From NCBI GenBank assembly GCA_030704615.1, contig CM060732.1:9796001-9860000 (forward strand): a stretch of 64,000 nucleotides of DNA, given 5' to 3'. Positions 13,501 through 25,760 of this stretch are shown piece after piece; positions within the stretch are counted from its first letter, which is position 1; the number at the start of each line of letters is the position of its first letter. The translations under genes and the position numbers were made by a program. The notes under the pieces were generated by a model that ran no database searches, was not told the origin of the DNA, and saw only the letters and a program-made list of their open reading frames with translations. This stretch comes from Takakia lepidozioides (Eukaryota; Plantae; Bryophyta).

Positions 13501-15464
13501 ACCTTGATACAGAGAATTAGTTTGGGTTTTCCAGATATCCTCTAGAAAGCCCTTCACACAAGCATCCACTTGCTGTGTGTGAGCTGCCCAGAAATTAGAC
13601 CCTAAGAGGCCAGGGCTTTAGGCTCAGCCGAGAGAGAGAGAGAGATTAGACAGCCTCGTGACCAAACTGAAAATGATCTCACATAGAAACACATGGAGAG
13701 TCATCTCACATCACCATACAGCCTTTTCAGACACCATCACAGACCCAGTTCTCAGAATGGCAATATGAGGACACATAGCTCATACCCCAAACATATAAAC
13801 TCCATTACAAATAGAGATTTCTGACTTCTTAGTGAAAAAGTAACCAAAAAAGCAGATTTGTAAGACATAGAACTCTACTTAAGAGGAAGGTGGGGATTAT
13901 GTATACTCACCCCATTGGAACTGTTGGTGCCTACTTGGCAACCGTAGGCATAGTAACCTCACCCTAACCACAAGGATGACGGTGAGCTTAGTGACTTCAT
14001 AACTAACAACCACCCAAACTTTCTCAACCCAGATCTGCCTCCATACCTCCCTTCACAGATCCTTACTGGAATATCAATTTTCAGGCGTTCCAAGTGGCAA
14101 TCAGATGCACCACTAGGTAGGCCCTTCTGTCAAACAGATCTACCACCTTACTTTCATATCTTAGGGAGCAAAAATAGAAGTAGGAATATCTCCTTATGGA
14201 TAACGCTTTTCCATGTTCATAGATCCTTCAACCCAGGGAAAAACAGCAGAAGTATGTGTACAAAATCAACACATATTAACAGATTTTAGGTTTGCTCAAA
14301 GCCTCACTCCCTTAGTCTCTTGCCCTTAGTAGCATTTCCTGCATCAAAAGAAGGCAAAGCGGCCTCACCCGGATCCATCACAGCCACCCAACAAACCAAT
14401 AGTTAGTGATCCCTGTGGAACCCCAGGCTTAAACCCCATCACATTTGTTATCAATGTCATCCCTGCAGCAGGTCATACTAGCAAAGAGAGGAGAGGCAAT
14501 GGAGGTCCTTTCAGCCATTTCAGTCAGCAGTAGGTACAAACTCAGCAGTACCATGCTCCAAAGGGAGGGGGGGGTCTCATGACAGTAAGCGATCGTTCCC
14601 AAAAGGAAGGTGTTACTCTACCAAGTACTCAAGCAAGGGCACATCTAGAAGCCGATGGTTTGCAAAAGTATTACTCGATTCAGAGTAGAGCTTAGTCAAG
14701 TCTATGTAAGTTCCTCATAGTGTCACCTCTCTTTGTGTTGCCATATTAAGCAGCCCTTCAAGATGTTTTAAGGAGTCTGAATGTGATACCTTGCTTGAAG
14801 CCATAGTGAACAGCACTAAGGTAGTCAGCTCCTTTAGCTCTTGCCTGCAAGTGTACAGGAGTCAGTGTACAGGTCATGTGGATCAAGGGTGATTAGTGAA
14901 TAATGTGTGTTAAGACTGCAGGGATTGGACAAATCGTAGTTGCAACTTTCTTAGTTTCCAATCTTGGTTTGCCTCTTTCAAAACTGCTGTTTCATATGCA
15001 AATTCAGGCAAGTGCTAATGGCTTTTCCATCAAATGCAGCGGAGCTCTTGGTCCTTCACATTTCCACTGCATGCAGAGTCCATGGCTGCGCAACAGGTTT
15101 CATATGCCACCTCATGCGTACACACCTCTATGTGATACGTCTCTGTGACTTGTTCTTGGGCAAAATTCCGGACATTTGGTTGTCATCATCAGTTATGGAT
15201 AGTTTCAGGCTGCATGTCACTGTTTTGTTGAATCCCCACCATTTAATTTTCCCAACAGGACGGTGCCTTCAACCCCTTAGCCATCAGTACTGACCGGGGT
15301 TACCAAGAGCTACGACCCCTTTTACTAGAGCATTTGGCTAAGTTGCAGTAGTTTGTTGCTTGCAGACAAAGAGCACGAGACGAATGCGACTAGTGATGGC
15401 CATTGAAGCAAAACATATACACAGCTTCAAGTCACAGCTAAAGGCTCTGGTGGAAAACACATAA
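7563..15464 (+). CDS. BCCIP: BCCIP/Bcp1 homologue, 7 exons (7563-7754, 8296-8514, 9845-10054, 10948-11061, 11299-11370, 15040-15096, 15366-15464), about 320 aa
   Basis: All GT-AG phase-0 introns give one open frame; motifs VDVEFFDPKPSDFHGIKTLL, VGLLVSERLLNLP, EISWATEDE, YLKPEDEIFHQ, SSWSFTFP, RLVMAIEA. Confidence 0.93.
11450..14600 (-). mobile_element. Decayed non-LTR retrotransposon remnants (RTE/L2-like RT, clade uncertain) in BCCIP intron 5
   Basis: RT motifs LFLDVQKAYD, GVAQGCTLSPLLFNVFIN, VDDF; possible APE start IATWN near 14100; boundaries approximate. Confidence 0.8.
11455..13630. repeat. Diverged ~240-bp direct repeat (11455-11690 and 13378-13630), probably two LINE 3' ends
   Basis: Shared AGAATGTAC-CATAAGAC, CAGTTTGGGCGGAACAAAA, GAGCTGCCCAG, AATTAGACCC. 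Confidence 0.8.
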
Positions 15465-16249
15465 CACTTCTGGACTTGCTTCCCTCTGCCTATTGCAAGC
15501 AGCCTATGTACTTGTTCATTATGCACTGGATGCTGGGTCAAACAGAATCATCATTGTGCATGTTTACTATGTTAATTGGCCACCACATGTTTAAGGATTG
15601 CCAGTGGCCAAAGATGAATGTGAGCCTGGCGGCCACCACACATGCAGTCACAAGACCAAACAGCTGAATCCATGCAATTCCTGCAGTCCAGAGTGACAGC
15701 TACCCCAAAGTTGAGTTTTGCCCTGAATGTTTTAGCTGCATCCGCCATCGTACTTGAGCCACAAAATGGGAGATGTAATGTGGGTCGTGAAACCCAAAGT
15801 GTCTCTCAAATTTGGGCCCTGAGATCTGTACTTCTCAGAGTCCTTTAGTATGGGTGCTGGATGTATGAATTGCCAATTTTGCAATTGTATGTGCACATCT
15901 GCTTTCCCTATTTCTTTCACCCATCCTCTTTTCCTTGAAGTGTAAGAACTAAGAACTGTGTTATCTGTTGTCTGTTGAGCATATTCACCATCTCATCCAT
16001 CTCTCAGGCAGTGGAATGTAACAAAATAAATACCAAACTTGAAGACATTGTGACCAATGATTGATAGGTCATGTCTTTGGTGGAAAGAGCCATAGGCAAG
16101 CATTGCATGGATTTATCATAGTGAATGTATGGGAGCCCGAATGAACTTTTTGAATCCAAATCAGTGTATCTCGTGATAAGCTACCTCATCTTATGATGGC
16201 TTCTATAATAAAAGCGTTCGGGTTATCACGGTTTAAGAGATCCTGGTGG

Positions 16250-19200
16250 GTCAGTTAGATCCTGGTGGGTCAGTTTCAATTCGGCTAGGTGGGAGGGGTA
16301 CTCCTGCGCTGATTGTAAGTGAAGGAGCGAGCGGTACAGTAGTGGCGGATGTTATGGAGGTGTGTTGGTTAAGGTCGGGTACCAGCAATGCTGAGCCTTG
16401 AGGAGATGGGGACTTGGGAAGTGAGAGCGTAATGAGCTTGAGTTGGACGACGTTGTAGAGGTGTTTGTAGTAGGTCCAATATTGAGGAGGGTGGGTCTGT
16501 ATTCGGGTAAAAGGTTGTGAGCTATGTGGGAAGTATTTGCACGGGAAGTCATAGTTGAGGATACAAGATTGGGAGGGGTGGCAGAAAAGGGTGTGAAGGT
16601 GTTGGAGATAGCATTTGGTTTTGATAATGGGACGGGCGTATTTTAGGGAGAATTCAGAGGGGGTGAGGAGTCTATGTCTTGAGGCAGTGGTGAGTTGCCC
16701 AAAATGTGTGATATATCGATCTTTACAGTAGATTATTGCGAGGCATTTTAGGCGGTGGTGTACATCGTCCAGTTGGGATAAAAAGGGGCTGGTGAGCCAT
16801 GAGTGGTCAAGCGGAGTGGGGGTCTTTTTCTGGTTTGGTAGGTCCATATCAACTGTGACTTTCATGTGTTTCAGTATAATGAGTGTTTGGGCCATGGGTG
16901 AATGCAGACTACATACACTGGTGGTGAGGGATGGAAAGGAATGGAGCTCATTATATCTGAAAGAGATGTGTTGTACGAGGTCCCGATATGTCTGTCCAAG
17001 TCTACCAGGGTCATTAAGGGCGTCACGCAGTTGCATGCCAAGTGTACGAGCATGGGAGATAGTGAGTGTTTTGGATCCAATTCCGTAGTTGTTCTGGGGA
17101 AGTTGAGCGAGAGCATTAGGAGTGCTAGTAGGGAGGCCACAGATGCGTTTGGTAAGTTGGGTGATATGCTTGTCTAGTAAAAGTATGTCTAGTATAGAGA
17201 AAGGGGCCGCTTGGAGTTTTCGAACTGTTGTAATGATGTCCAATTTTTGGCGAATCGAGGTGTGAGATTTGAGTAGGGCCTCGAATTTGGTTGTTAGTTT
17301 GTGGAGTGTTGTTCGATTCTGTGTATGCCAGCCTAACGAGGGCACTAATAGAATGCCTAGGCATGTATATGCTTCAGTGGGTCCGAGAAATGGAAGGAGT
17401 TTGTCTTGATAGTGGGTGGTGTTATTACATAGTGTGGAGATGTCGGATGTGGTGACTTTAGTGGAAAAAGTGGCGGCGGTAATGGCGCACTTGTGTAGAC
17501 TAAGTTCCATATCACACCGTAGGTTGAATAGCTTGTAGATTTGTCATTTTAGGTGCAGTGCTTTGTGTGAGATCATGACGAGGTCATCAGCTTAAGCTGG
17601 AGTCGAGATTTCGCTTGGGGAGGTTTGATATTGATAGCCGAGTATGCCCCAGTCTAGCCATCTTAGCAAAGGCTCCAAAAAGATGATGAATAGGTAGGGA
17701 ATTAAAGTATCGCCTTAAATAGTGCCCCGGAGAATGGGGATAGGTGGGGTCATACCGTAGTATGAACCAGAGTAGGACGTGGTATTGTTGGTGTAGATGT
17801 TATCGATGATCTGAGTGACGGCATCTATACGGTAGTCAAGGTCCAACATAACAGCGAGGAGATGTGCGTGGTCGATGGAACCAAAGGCATTTTTAAAGTC
17901 AATGTATAGGAGGTAGATGTCTTGTTTTGTGAATCGGGCATCTTCAAATGCAAATATTACATATTGGAGTTGACGTGTGGTATTGTAGGTAGCTCGGAAG
18001 CCTTCTTGAGAGTCATGCAGGATACAATGTTGTTTGCCGTAAGAAGAGAACATAGAGGTGAGTGAACTGGTAGACAGTTTATATATTGTGTTTGCAAAGC
18101 GATAAGGCGGTAGTTGCTTAGTTCTGTAGGGTCGTCTTTTTGAAAAGGGTGATGGTTTTGTTGTGCTTCCATTCATTGGGGATGCGTTGAAGGCGGTAAC
18201 AAAGTTTGAAGAATTGAAAAAAGATATAGTGGAACTGTGGGTCTAAGGCTTGTAGTATAGCATTAAGATCTGGGGCCAAAGCTTTGGATTTTGGGAGGCT
18301 TTGAGGCACGAATCATAGACAGTGCGTGTGAAGTTATCGTGAATACGGGCGGAGATGGAGCCACGTTTGTTGAGAGAGGGAGAAGCCATCAATGTCATGC
18401 CATGGGTAGTGTGTGACTTTGCAGGTACATTTGTAGGTGTAGTGGATTGGGTTAGGCAATGGGGGTATATAGCTCTTTGGCTTGAGCCCAAATTTCTTGG
18501 TTAATGTCTGCGGGTTTGGTGAGATTGTGTCCGAGCCTATGTTTTAGGCAGTCTAATGGAGGGTTTAGGTTGGGGTTGAAGATAGCTTTATGGGCTTTTT
18601 TTTTTATGCTCGTGTACGAGCTAACATAAGGACGAGATGAGTTTTTTATGGTTGTCAGAGCATGACCAGCAGTGGCGCGGTAAACAGACACGCCAACGGC
18701 ATTATACTAGCCCATTTTTGGCCCGGAGCCCGTATAGTAGCATGGCAGTTGGTGTGAAGGCCAGCAGCATGGCAGCCTCCCACGGCAAACCCCCCCCCCC
18801 CCCCTCCCCCTCCCGCTGGGCGCACGGCTGAGATGCTCGCCAGGCTCAGATGCATACGTTGACTTGTGGGCCCTGCCACCTACCCCGCCACCCGTTAGCA
18901 CATGTGAGCGACAATGCCCGGAGATGACATTGCCATGGGGGGTTCGGGGGACGGCAACGGAATTCTAGATGCCGTGCTTGAAGAGCGGATTTGCGAGACG
19001 GCCGGCACTTTAAGGAGTGGGGTGGTGCTGCTGGGGACGCAAGAAGAGCCCCGAAACTGCCGGCCACGGCATTTTGGAGTTGGCGCTTCTGAAATTGCCG
19101 ATGCTGGTCATGCTCTCAGTAGCTTTCTGTTTGGTGATTAAATAGGCGGCATTCTTTGCATCTCTCCCTATTTTGGCAATGGCATTGATCCATGCTATCA

Positions 19201-19700
19201 GGTGAGTTCTGTCTGATGGGGATGAAGGAGGGGTCTGCAGTCGTGGATGTTGTTGAGGAGAGTGATATGGGGATCTGAACGTCATGTTGTGTGGGTGTTG
19301 GTGTGTTGGTCATGTTGGGGTATTACTATGATAGCTTTGCGTATGGTGTGGTATGTATTGAGGTGTAATTTCCATTTGCGTTGTTGTGTGCGAGTTTGAT
19401 ATCCCCTGTTTTGTTTTGTACGAAATGTTTGAGGGATGTCTTTAGGCGCGGAGCAAGTAGCGAACACAGGTGGTGAGTTGGTACACGATGGTTTGTAGTA
19501 CATCATTGGCTCTGATCCAGTTATTTGGTGGGATGTTGAGCGCACTTTGCCATGATATTAGTTAAACATAGAATATTGTCAGCCGCGTGTTGCTGGAAGT
19601 TTAAGTTGGAAGACAATGATTTTGTCTCGAGGTATGGGGGACATAATTCTAGGCTAGGGATTGGGTGTAAGTGGCATGCTTGGTATAGGTGGAGAACTCT
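16250..19700 (-). mobile_element. Decayed LINE with RT, possibly RandI/Dualen-like
   Basis: QEGFR, LYIDFKNAFGSIDH, RGTI*GDTLIPYLFIIFLEPLLRWL, ADDL, YTCLGI. Confidence 0.85.
18658..19115. mobile_element. Tourist/Harbinger-like MITE inserted in the LINE
   Basis: Perfect 14-bp TIR GAGCATGACCAGCA; 3-bp TSD TCA; GC-rich interior. Confidence 0.85.
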
Positions 19701-20223
19701 CATCAAATCATTTCATCTTTGATCCCTATTCTCTCTTGAATTCCAACATGAACGTAGTAGCTGCCACATAAGCTTTTACCTCAGTTATTTCCTAGAAGCT
19801 ATGAAGTTCTAATCCATGCAGTAATTGCTCGGCCTATGTGAAGACATGGATCAGTAGGGTGGCGTGTTGGGTGTTGAGAGCCCTTCCATGTCACTATGGA
19901 GAGTATGAATTGAGATTGTCAAACTCCTGAGAAGCTCGTGTCTTAAGACTCGCAACTTGGCATACTATAATTTATAATGACTGATACTCCATGAGCCAAA
20001 TAAAACCGTAGCACTGATCTCATGCTAGCAACATCAAGCCCGGACTTAGCCAACGCCATGAAAGCTTCTCGGTCTGATCTTTCTACAAAGAGAGATATTT
20101 GCAATCGATGGCATGCATCAGGCCTTCTCTTTCTACGAAAACATGAAATGATAACAATAGATGGATAGAATTCTAAATATATGGCGATGGTGCAAATAGG
20201 TGTTCATTGGTGAATATATCCTA

Positions 20224-20804
20224 CAGTCGACCCTGCTTTAATGTTAGGCCTCTAGAGTATGAATTTTCTAACAGATAGCCAGGTATCACATATAACCGGA
20301 AAGTAGGGCAATTTTTTGTAAATTAACAGTTACAAAGAGGCACAGTAAACCAGGTTATGCCAATGAAAGATAACATTTAATCATTGACTAGATTGGAAAT
20401 ATGAAAAAATGTCGATTTGTCGAGAAATGGAATGCCTAGCTAAAATCACTTCCTTCTGGATTGCTAACCACTTCACGAGACAAGCCCTAATATCAGTGTT
20501 TTGTTGCGCAAGATATAAATGTAAAGTGTGGATGGCAGCTTGAACCTCATGAATGGATGAATTGATGGATGGATGCTCAGCTTGAACCTCACAAATGGAT
20601 GAATGGATGCTCTATTTTGGATGAGCATGAATGGAATCTAACTACTATGGAGGTGCGTTAACACTATGAAGAGTAGGATAAACTAACAATTAACCACTTA
20701 ACACTCTTGACATGGTTTCTAGTGTATTTTTTTTGCAGAGTATCAAAACCATAACATTTACAGTGAAATAACACATAAGTAGGTAACAGTAAGCGGGTCG
20801 ACTG
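20224..20804. mobile_element. Pogo/Tc1-mariner-like MITE
   Basis: Imperfect TIR CAGTCGACCC(T)GCTT..TGTTA; TA on the left flank, AA on the right. Confidence 0.65.
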
Positions 20805-20869
20805 AACATAGATAGGTATTAATTGGGGAAGGTACACCAGGAGAAAAGAAAAAAATGTGTAATTTCAAA

Positions 20870-21005
20870 TGATAATAGGTTTTTTTTAAATTAAAAAGTA
20901 AATATAATAATATTTAATAAAATTATTTAATTTTTAATTTTTAATTTATAAATAATATATATTTTTATTTATTTTATTATTTAAATAATAATATTAATAA
21001 TTTAA

Positions 21006-21048
<43 letters not shown>
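20870..21048. repeat. Very AT-rich low-complexity tract ending in ~36-nt poly(A)
   Basis: Seen directly. Confidence 0.9.
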
Positions 21049-21051
<3 letters not shown>

Positions 21052-21300
21052 CGGCCGAAGCCGGCGTAACTAAGAGCCAATTTATTTATCCCATCTGCAT
21101 AACAGAGATAGCTCCAACTCCCTATCGTGGTGCAATATAGCAATTCATGAAAAACCACTAAGATGGAGGGAAACATGTACGTATGTCATGTTTGATTATA
21201 TATATGCACAGCAAACAATGTCTTACGAGTACATTCTTTCTTTATCTCTCTTTATGGACTAGAAACGTTTAGATCAAGCACAATACTGACTCTCACGATG

Positions 21301-21369
21301 TACTGGGTGATGATTGGTGTACACTACCTGGTCACGGGCAGAAAAGGCTAAGTACGCGGTACTTAGCAA
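21301..21369 (+). repeat. Isolated ~70-bp fragment of the gypsy G3 LTR
   Basis: Near-identical to 60322-60390. Confidence 0.85.
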
Positions 21370-21722
21370 TTGGAAAGTGTCTCGATGGATTTCAGCCGTT
21401 GTCAAAAAGATTCAATGCAATCATGGTGGATAGTTTCAGTAAAATGGGTCATTTCATCCCCACCAAGGAGACGGCAACAGCGCAGGAGACGGGGCGACTT
21501 TACTTCGCCCACGTCTTCAAGCATCATGGACTCCCGAAGGATATTGTCTCGGACCGCGATCCAAAGTTTACAAGTAAATTTTGGAGAGCACTTTGGAAGA
21601 AAATGGGGACGAGGTTCAAGATGAGCACCGCCTTCCGACCTACGACGGACGGCCAAACGGAAAGAGTGAATTCCGTGGTGAAGTAGATCTTGCGGAATTA
21701 TGTGTCGGCGGACCAATCAGAC
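21370..21722 (+). pseudogene. Chromovirus-like Ty3/gypsy integrase fragment
   Basis: ESVSMDF, HGLPKDIVSDRDPKFTSKFW, TDGQTERVN. Confidence 0.9.
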
Positions 21723-21933
21723 GGGGGCTGCTATTTCATGAGCGGCATGAGCATGAGCGGAAAAAAAAAAAAACATGAGCGGGCCATTGTGTGTCCACGG
21801 AAATAGGGTTAGGAGGCACGGAAATAGGGTCATGTGGACTCGTCATAGCAATGAAATGCAACATTTTATTGCAAATTTTGTGGCAAGCCACGTCTATACA
21901 AGTGTTTCCTAACTGACATAGCAGGAATGGGAA

Positions 21934-23650
21934 CTACTCTCCTACACCTTCCGAGGAACTTGGCCCTCCTTCTTCCTCATCCCCCTCATCCCCCCCATCC
22001 TCCGAGCTCTGTGATGCATCGGTTGCACTATGCCTCTCAAAAATTCCGTCCTCTTCTCCCCCACTTTCCTCAGCAGAATCCAAGACAAATCTACGAGCCC
22101 GACGGGCTCTAATATCTGCTGCCTCCTCCCTCATCTTCATTTTCTTGAGGCTTGCCTCGTCTAAAATCTGTTGTACACGACTAGGTTCGGAAGACCTCCT
22201 AATGGACACCGAAGCAAGCCGGGCAGCATAAGTAGGAAGGATGTAGTCCCTTTCTGGACTAGGCATGAAATCCCCCCTGGCAAAAAAAGACACGTTCCTC
22301 CTGCCCATGAACTCCGGTGTAGACGTCCCTCCTGCAGTACTTGGCATCCTACAGTAAGAACAAATCCACTTCAAGAATGTCAATACCAGCAGAAGCAGAA
22401 AGGGTTTTCAATGAAATAAGAGAGCGAAGGGAGGTGCCTCACGAAATCTGGAGGCAACTTACAATGCGACCACTCACTCGTAAACCGGGGGCTCTTCGGC
22501 CTCGATCCCAACTTGTTCCTCCCCCTGCTCCTTCTCGGATTTTTCCTCATCCTCCGAGGGTGCCTCTTCCTCTTTGGGCAGACGTTCAGCCGCTGCAAGT
22601 TCCGAGTTGTGGAGGGTAGTATCTGGCTCGAAGGCGAACACATGCCTGTCGGACAACGTCCCTGCCCACATTGAAGCACCTGAGGAACAAAGCGGGCGGT
22701 TAATAGCTTGCGGCATGCAATTGCAATCGGGCCAGGGGACAAACTGAGCACGTGAAGGCTTACACGTGCCACATGTGAGGTCAAGAATCTGCCATTGGAC
22801 ATCCGAGCACGTCTCCATGAGGGTTTGGATGAAAGCAGGGCTCCGGGTCCGGCTGTACCGCCACGGTTTGCCTGTCTTTGTGTCCTTCGGCATACTGGAG
22901 TGGGGCACATAGTTGTAGAGGACATCGTAGGTAACAGGGTCCACAGCGGCATCAACAAGACGACCGTCGTTGCGGAATTTGAACGTAGACCCTCTCTTCA
23001 CAAAGCAATATGCCTCAAACACCAATGTCTGCACATCCAACAAAAGAGGGATCAACTCCGGGATCTAGTTTAGATACATCACAATATGAGGTGAATGCAA
23101 TAGATTGATAACTTACACTTTGACTTTATGTTCGCAACCCCTATGTATTGATGCAGAACCATTTTCTGAGGAGGACCGGGGTGACACTTTTCGGTGTCCA
23201 TCTTGCCACCGCATTCTTTGTGGTCTTCCCTCTTGTGGCAAGAACAACCACACATCCACCGTCATCCAGGAGCATCCCCGCCAGCCCAAACCCGGCTTTC
23301 CAGTAGTCCTCAGTAAACCTGTTCCAGTTGGGCACACCATCCAGGCCCTCCAGCAGCTCCCCATCTGGAATGTCAAGGATAATCATATCGCAAGCTCTCT
23401 CCACCTCAACCCCCCCCCCCCCCCCCCCCCCCCCCCGAGTGCTCTTGCAATCCGTGCTCACAGTTGTGAAGAATTCCATCATGTCTTCAAAACCAGGGGT
23501 GTCTTTAGGCTCTGTACCGGCAGCCCTCTTCTAGGATTTCCCCTTCTGCTCCGCCAGAGACTTGTTGTGTGCCACCTTCTTCACCCTGGCAGCGAGAGTG
23601 TCAAGGAAGCTCTCATTGACGCATTGGATGATGGTTGGAGGTTCTAGCTT
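21934..23650 (-). pseudogene. Spliced beta-class N6A/N4C DNA methyltransferase-like gene with acidic C-terminal tail (exons ~23650-23117, 23028-22764, 22679-22478, 22348-21934)
   Basis: Motif order CDMIILDIPDG, LLDDGGCVVV, FEAYCFVK, RSPAFIQTLMETCSD, ILDLTCGT, RHVFAFEPD; GT-AG introns keep the frame; premature stops and 5' truncation. Confidence 0.7.
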
Positions 23651-23849
23651 TGGCCTGTGCGTAAACGTCACCGCCGAATACCGCCGTGTAGGCTCGCCCT
23701 CAAATGCCAACTTCTTGGCACAGCCAGTCCCACTCTGAACTGACTTGGGAACCCGGACGACCGGTGACTTGGTAGCAGCAGCAGCAGTACGGCGTGGAAG
23801 GATGCACCCACATTTGATGACGCGGAGGTTAAGTTTGTTATCATCGAGG

Positions 23850-25465
23850 CTTGGTGGAACACGTCAGGTGCAGTGGAGACAACCAATCTGGGAGCCTTGC
23901 ACAGCTGGTTGGGGTGGTGGCATTTCCAGTATCGACAGTTCGGACAGTACATGCGGGAGGTATGATGCTGTCATTTTCGTGCAATTGTCTTTCTATTACG
24001 AACCTTTCCATTGGTCCCTCACCATTGTTTGTGTCCTTGTAGGAGCGGTGCTTGGATTCCGACACGGACATGCCAAACATGAATATGGCAGAATCAGTCC
24101 ATTCCTCCTAGCGAGCGTCTTCTACCGCATATCTGGTGGACGTAGTGACGGCCACAACGGAGGACATCGATAGAGCAATCATGCAGCAAGCCACGTACTA
24201 CAAATTCCTGAGCGGGAAACAATGGGGCTTTGGGCCGGACAGGGAGGAATTGTTGGTACGAACAACTTCGAGGTCGAAGAATCCACTGAAATGGGCGACA
24301 ACATTGCGAGAGAAGATCAAAGGGACGCCTCTGCACCGCAGAGGTGAACACCGACGTCCGTACTCGCCCTGTGAGGCGGAGGATTGAAGAGGAACCCGGG
24401 TGCGAAGAGGATTCCTGGAGGTCCGACAGGAACATTCGGACAGCACCTCGAGGTCCCGTCATGTTGCTGCACAATGTGTCTTCCAGCAGTGGAAGCCCAA
24501 GAAATTCCAGATCGCCATCGCCTTCAAGCGGGGATTCTGTGCAAGAAATTCCCACCGCTCGTTTGCCCCAGATTATGCCCGCTGTTATGCAGTATGGCCA
24601 AGCAATTGTGGAGACGACTGTGTTTGCGTCACAGTGGAGAATTGCTCGCACAAAGCCGTCGTTTCGAGGCAGGTGTTCCGCAATTCGAGTGGATACACGG
24701 CAACGTTGTTTAGAGATGATAAGGAGGAATCCAAATGGGGCTGTCCCTGCTCCTACTTTTACAGGAAGATTTGTCCATGCAAAGTTTGCAGAGGCAACAA
24801 CCACCCAGTTCTGGTTCTGCAGGCACGACATTATGATTTGCGTATATGGAAAGCCCAAGTACGGCATACAAACAATGCCACAGGCTCCCCCGGTGTGGCC
24901 GGTGGAACCAGGCTGCGATCTGAGTCAGGTTGAGGCCGACGCCCTTACCGCTGCAGGATTTCGGATGGTACAGCGCACTGACGTCCCCAGACAACCATTT
25001 CCGCTTCCACAGCCTCCACCACCGACCCCTGTGAGAGCAAGAACAATGGGACACGACAGCTCTAAGCATCCTACACACTGTTGGGGGAAACCGAAGAGGC
25101 GGCGACCACCCTCAAAAGTGAACGAGACAAGGATGGGGAATGCATTTCGGATGAACTGTACAATCCAGAACTCGACAGAAATGCCCCCACCAGGCTTCGG
25201 GCGTGTGTATCAGATGGCCACGGCAGGCTCAGCTGTTCGCAATGAGGTGTACACCATCACCATTTCAGAATTACCCACCTGCAATTGCACCGACTTCCAG
25301 ATCATGGCGAACAAGGGGGCATCATACTGCCATTGCAAGCATCTGTACTACGTGTACCTAAAGAGACTCCGGTGTAATTTCACAACTCATCACTTCATAC
25401 ATGCACAAGGGTTGAGCCCCCAAGAGGTGCACACTCTTCTGAATATGGATCCAGGGGACCAGTGA
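23850..25465 (+). pseudogene. MULE transposase C-terminal half with SWIM Zn finger
   Basis: NMAESVH (catalytic Glu region), CNCTDF...CKHLYY SWIM; same intron position as the MULE-2 copy. Confidence 0.85.
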
Positions 25466-25760
25466 GCTTGGCTTGCGGTCCCAACACAATGGTACGCCCA
25501 TCCTTTTCGGATAGTAGAACTGTACTGCTGCAAGTAGCTCTGACTCTGGCCACAGAAAGGTCCGACTTATGTCTTGCCTACCAGTAACATGTTTTGCTCG
25601 AACTAAGATAATACTATGTCATTCACTTGTGTTTCCACGTGCATGTATTTTTGTGTGTTGGAGGGTTCCTGTTTTTCTGCTCTCCCAAACTTTGCTTTCC
25701 TCATTCGACCCCCGGCAAGGAAATGCGGCGCCGCATTTCCAAGTAACGTCGTAGGTGCTG

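Larger units (their letters stand above)
21723..25760 (+). mobile_element. MULE-1 main body (A-type end; internally deleted); its other end is at 28091-28663
   Basis: Terminus GGGGGCTGCTATTTCATGAG matches the 33763 end over ~90 bp; transposase C-terminus homologous to 40490-42103. Confidence 0.85.

Noticed and set aside
11455-13630. Direct repeats read as LTRs
   Set aside because: The enclosed RT is non-LTR type; no PBS, PPT or TG...CA termini
23410-23436. Poly-C run read as a functional poly-Gly or poly-Pro segment
   Set aside because: Homopolymer of unreliable length, more likely slippage or sequencing error
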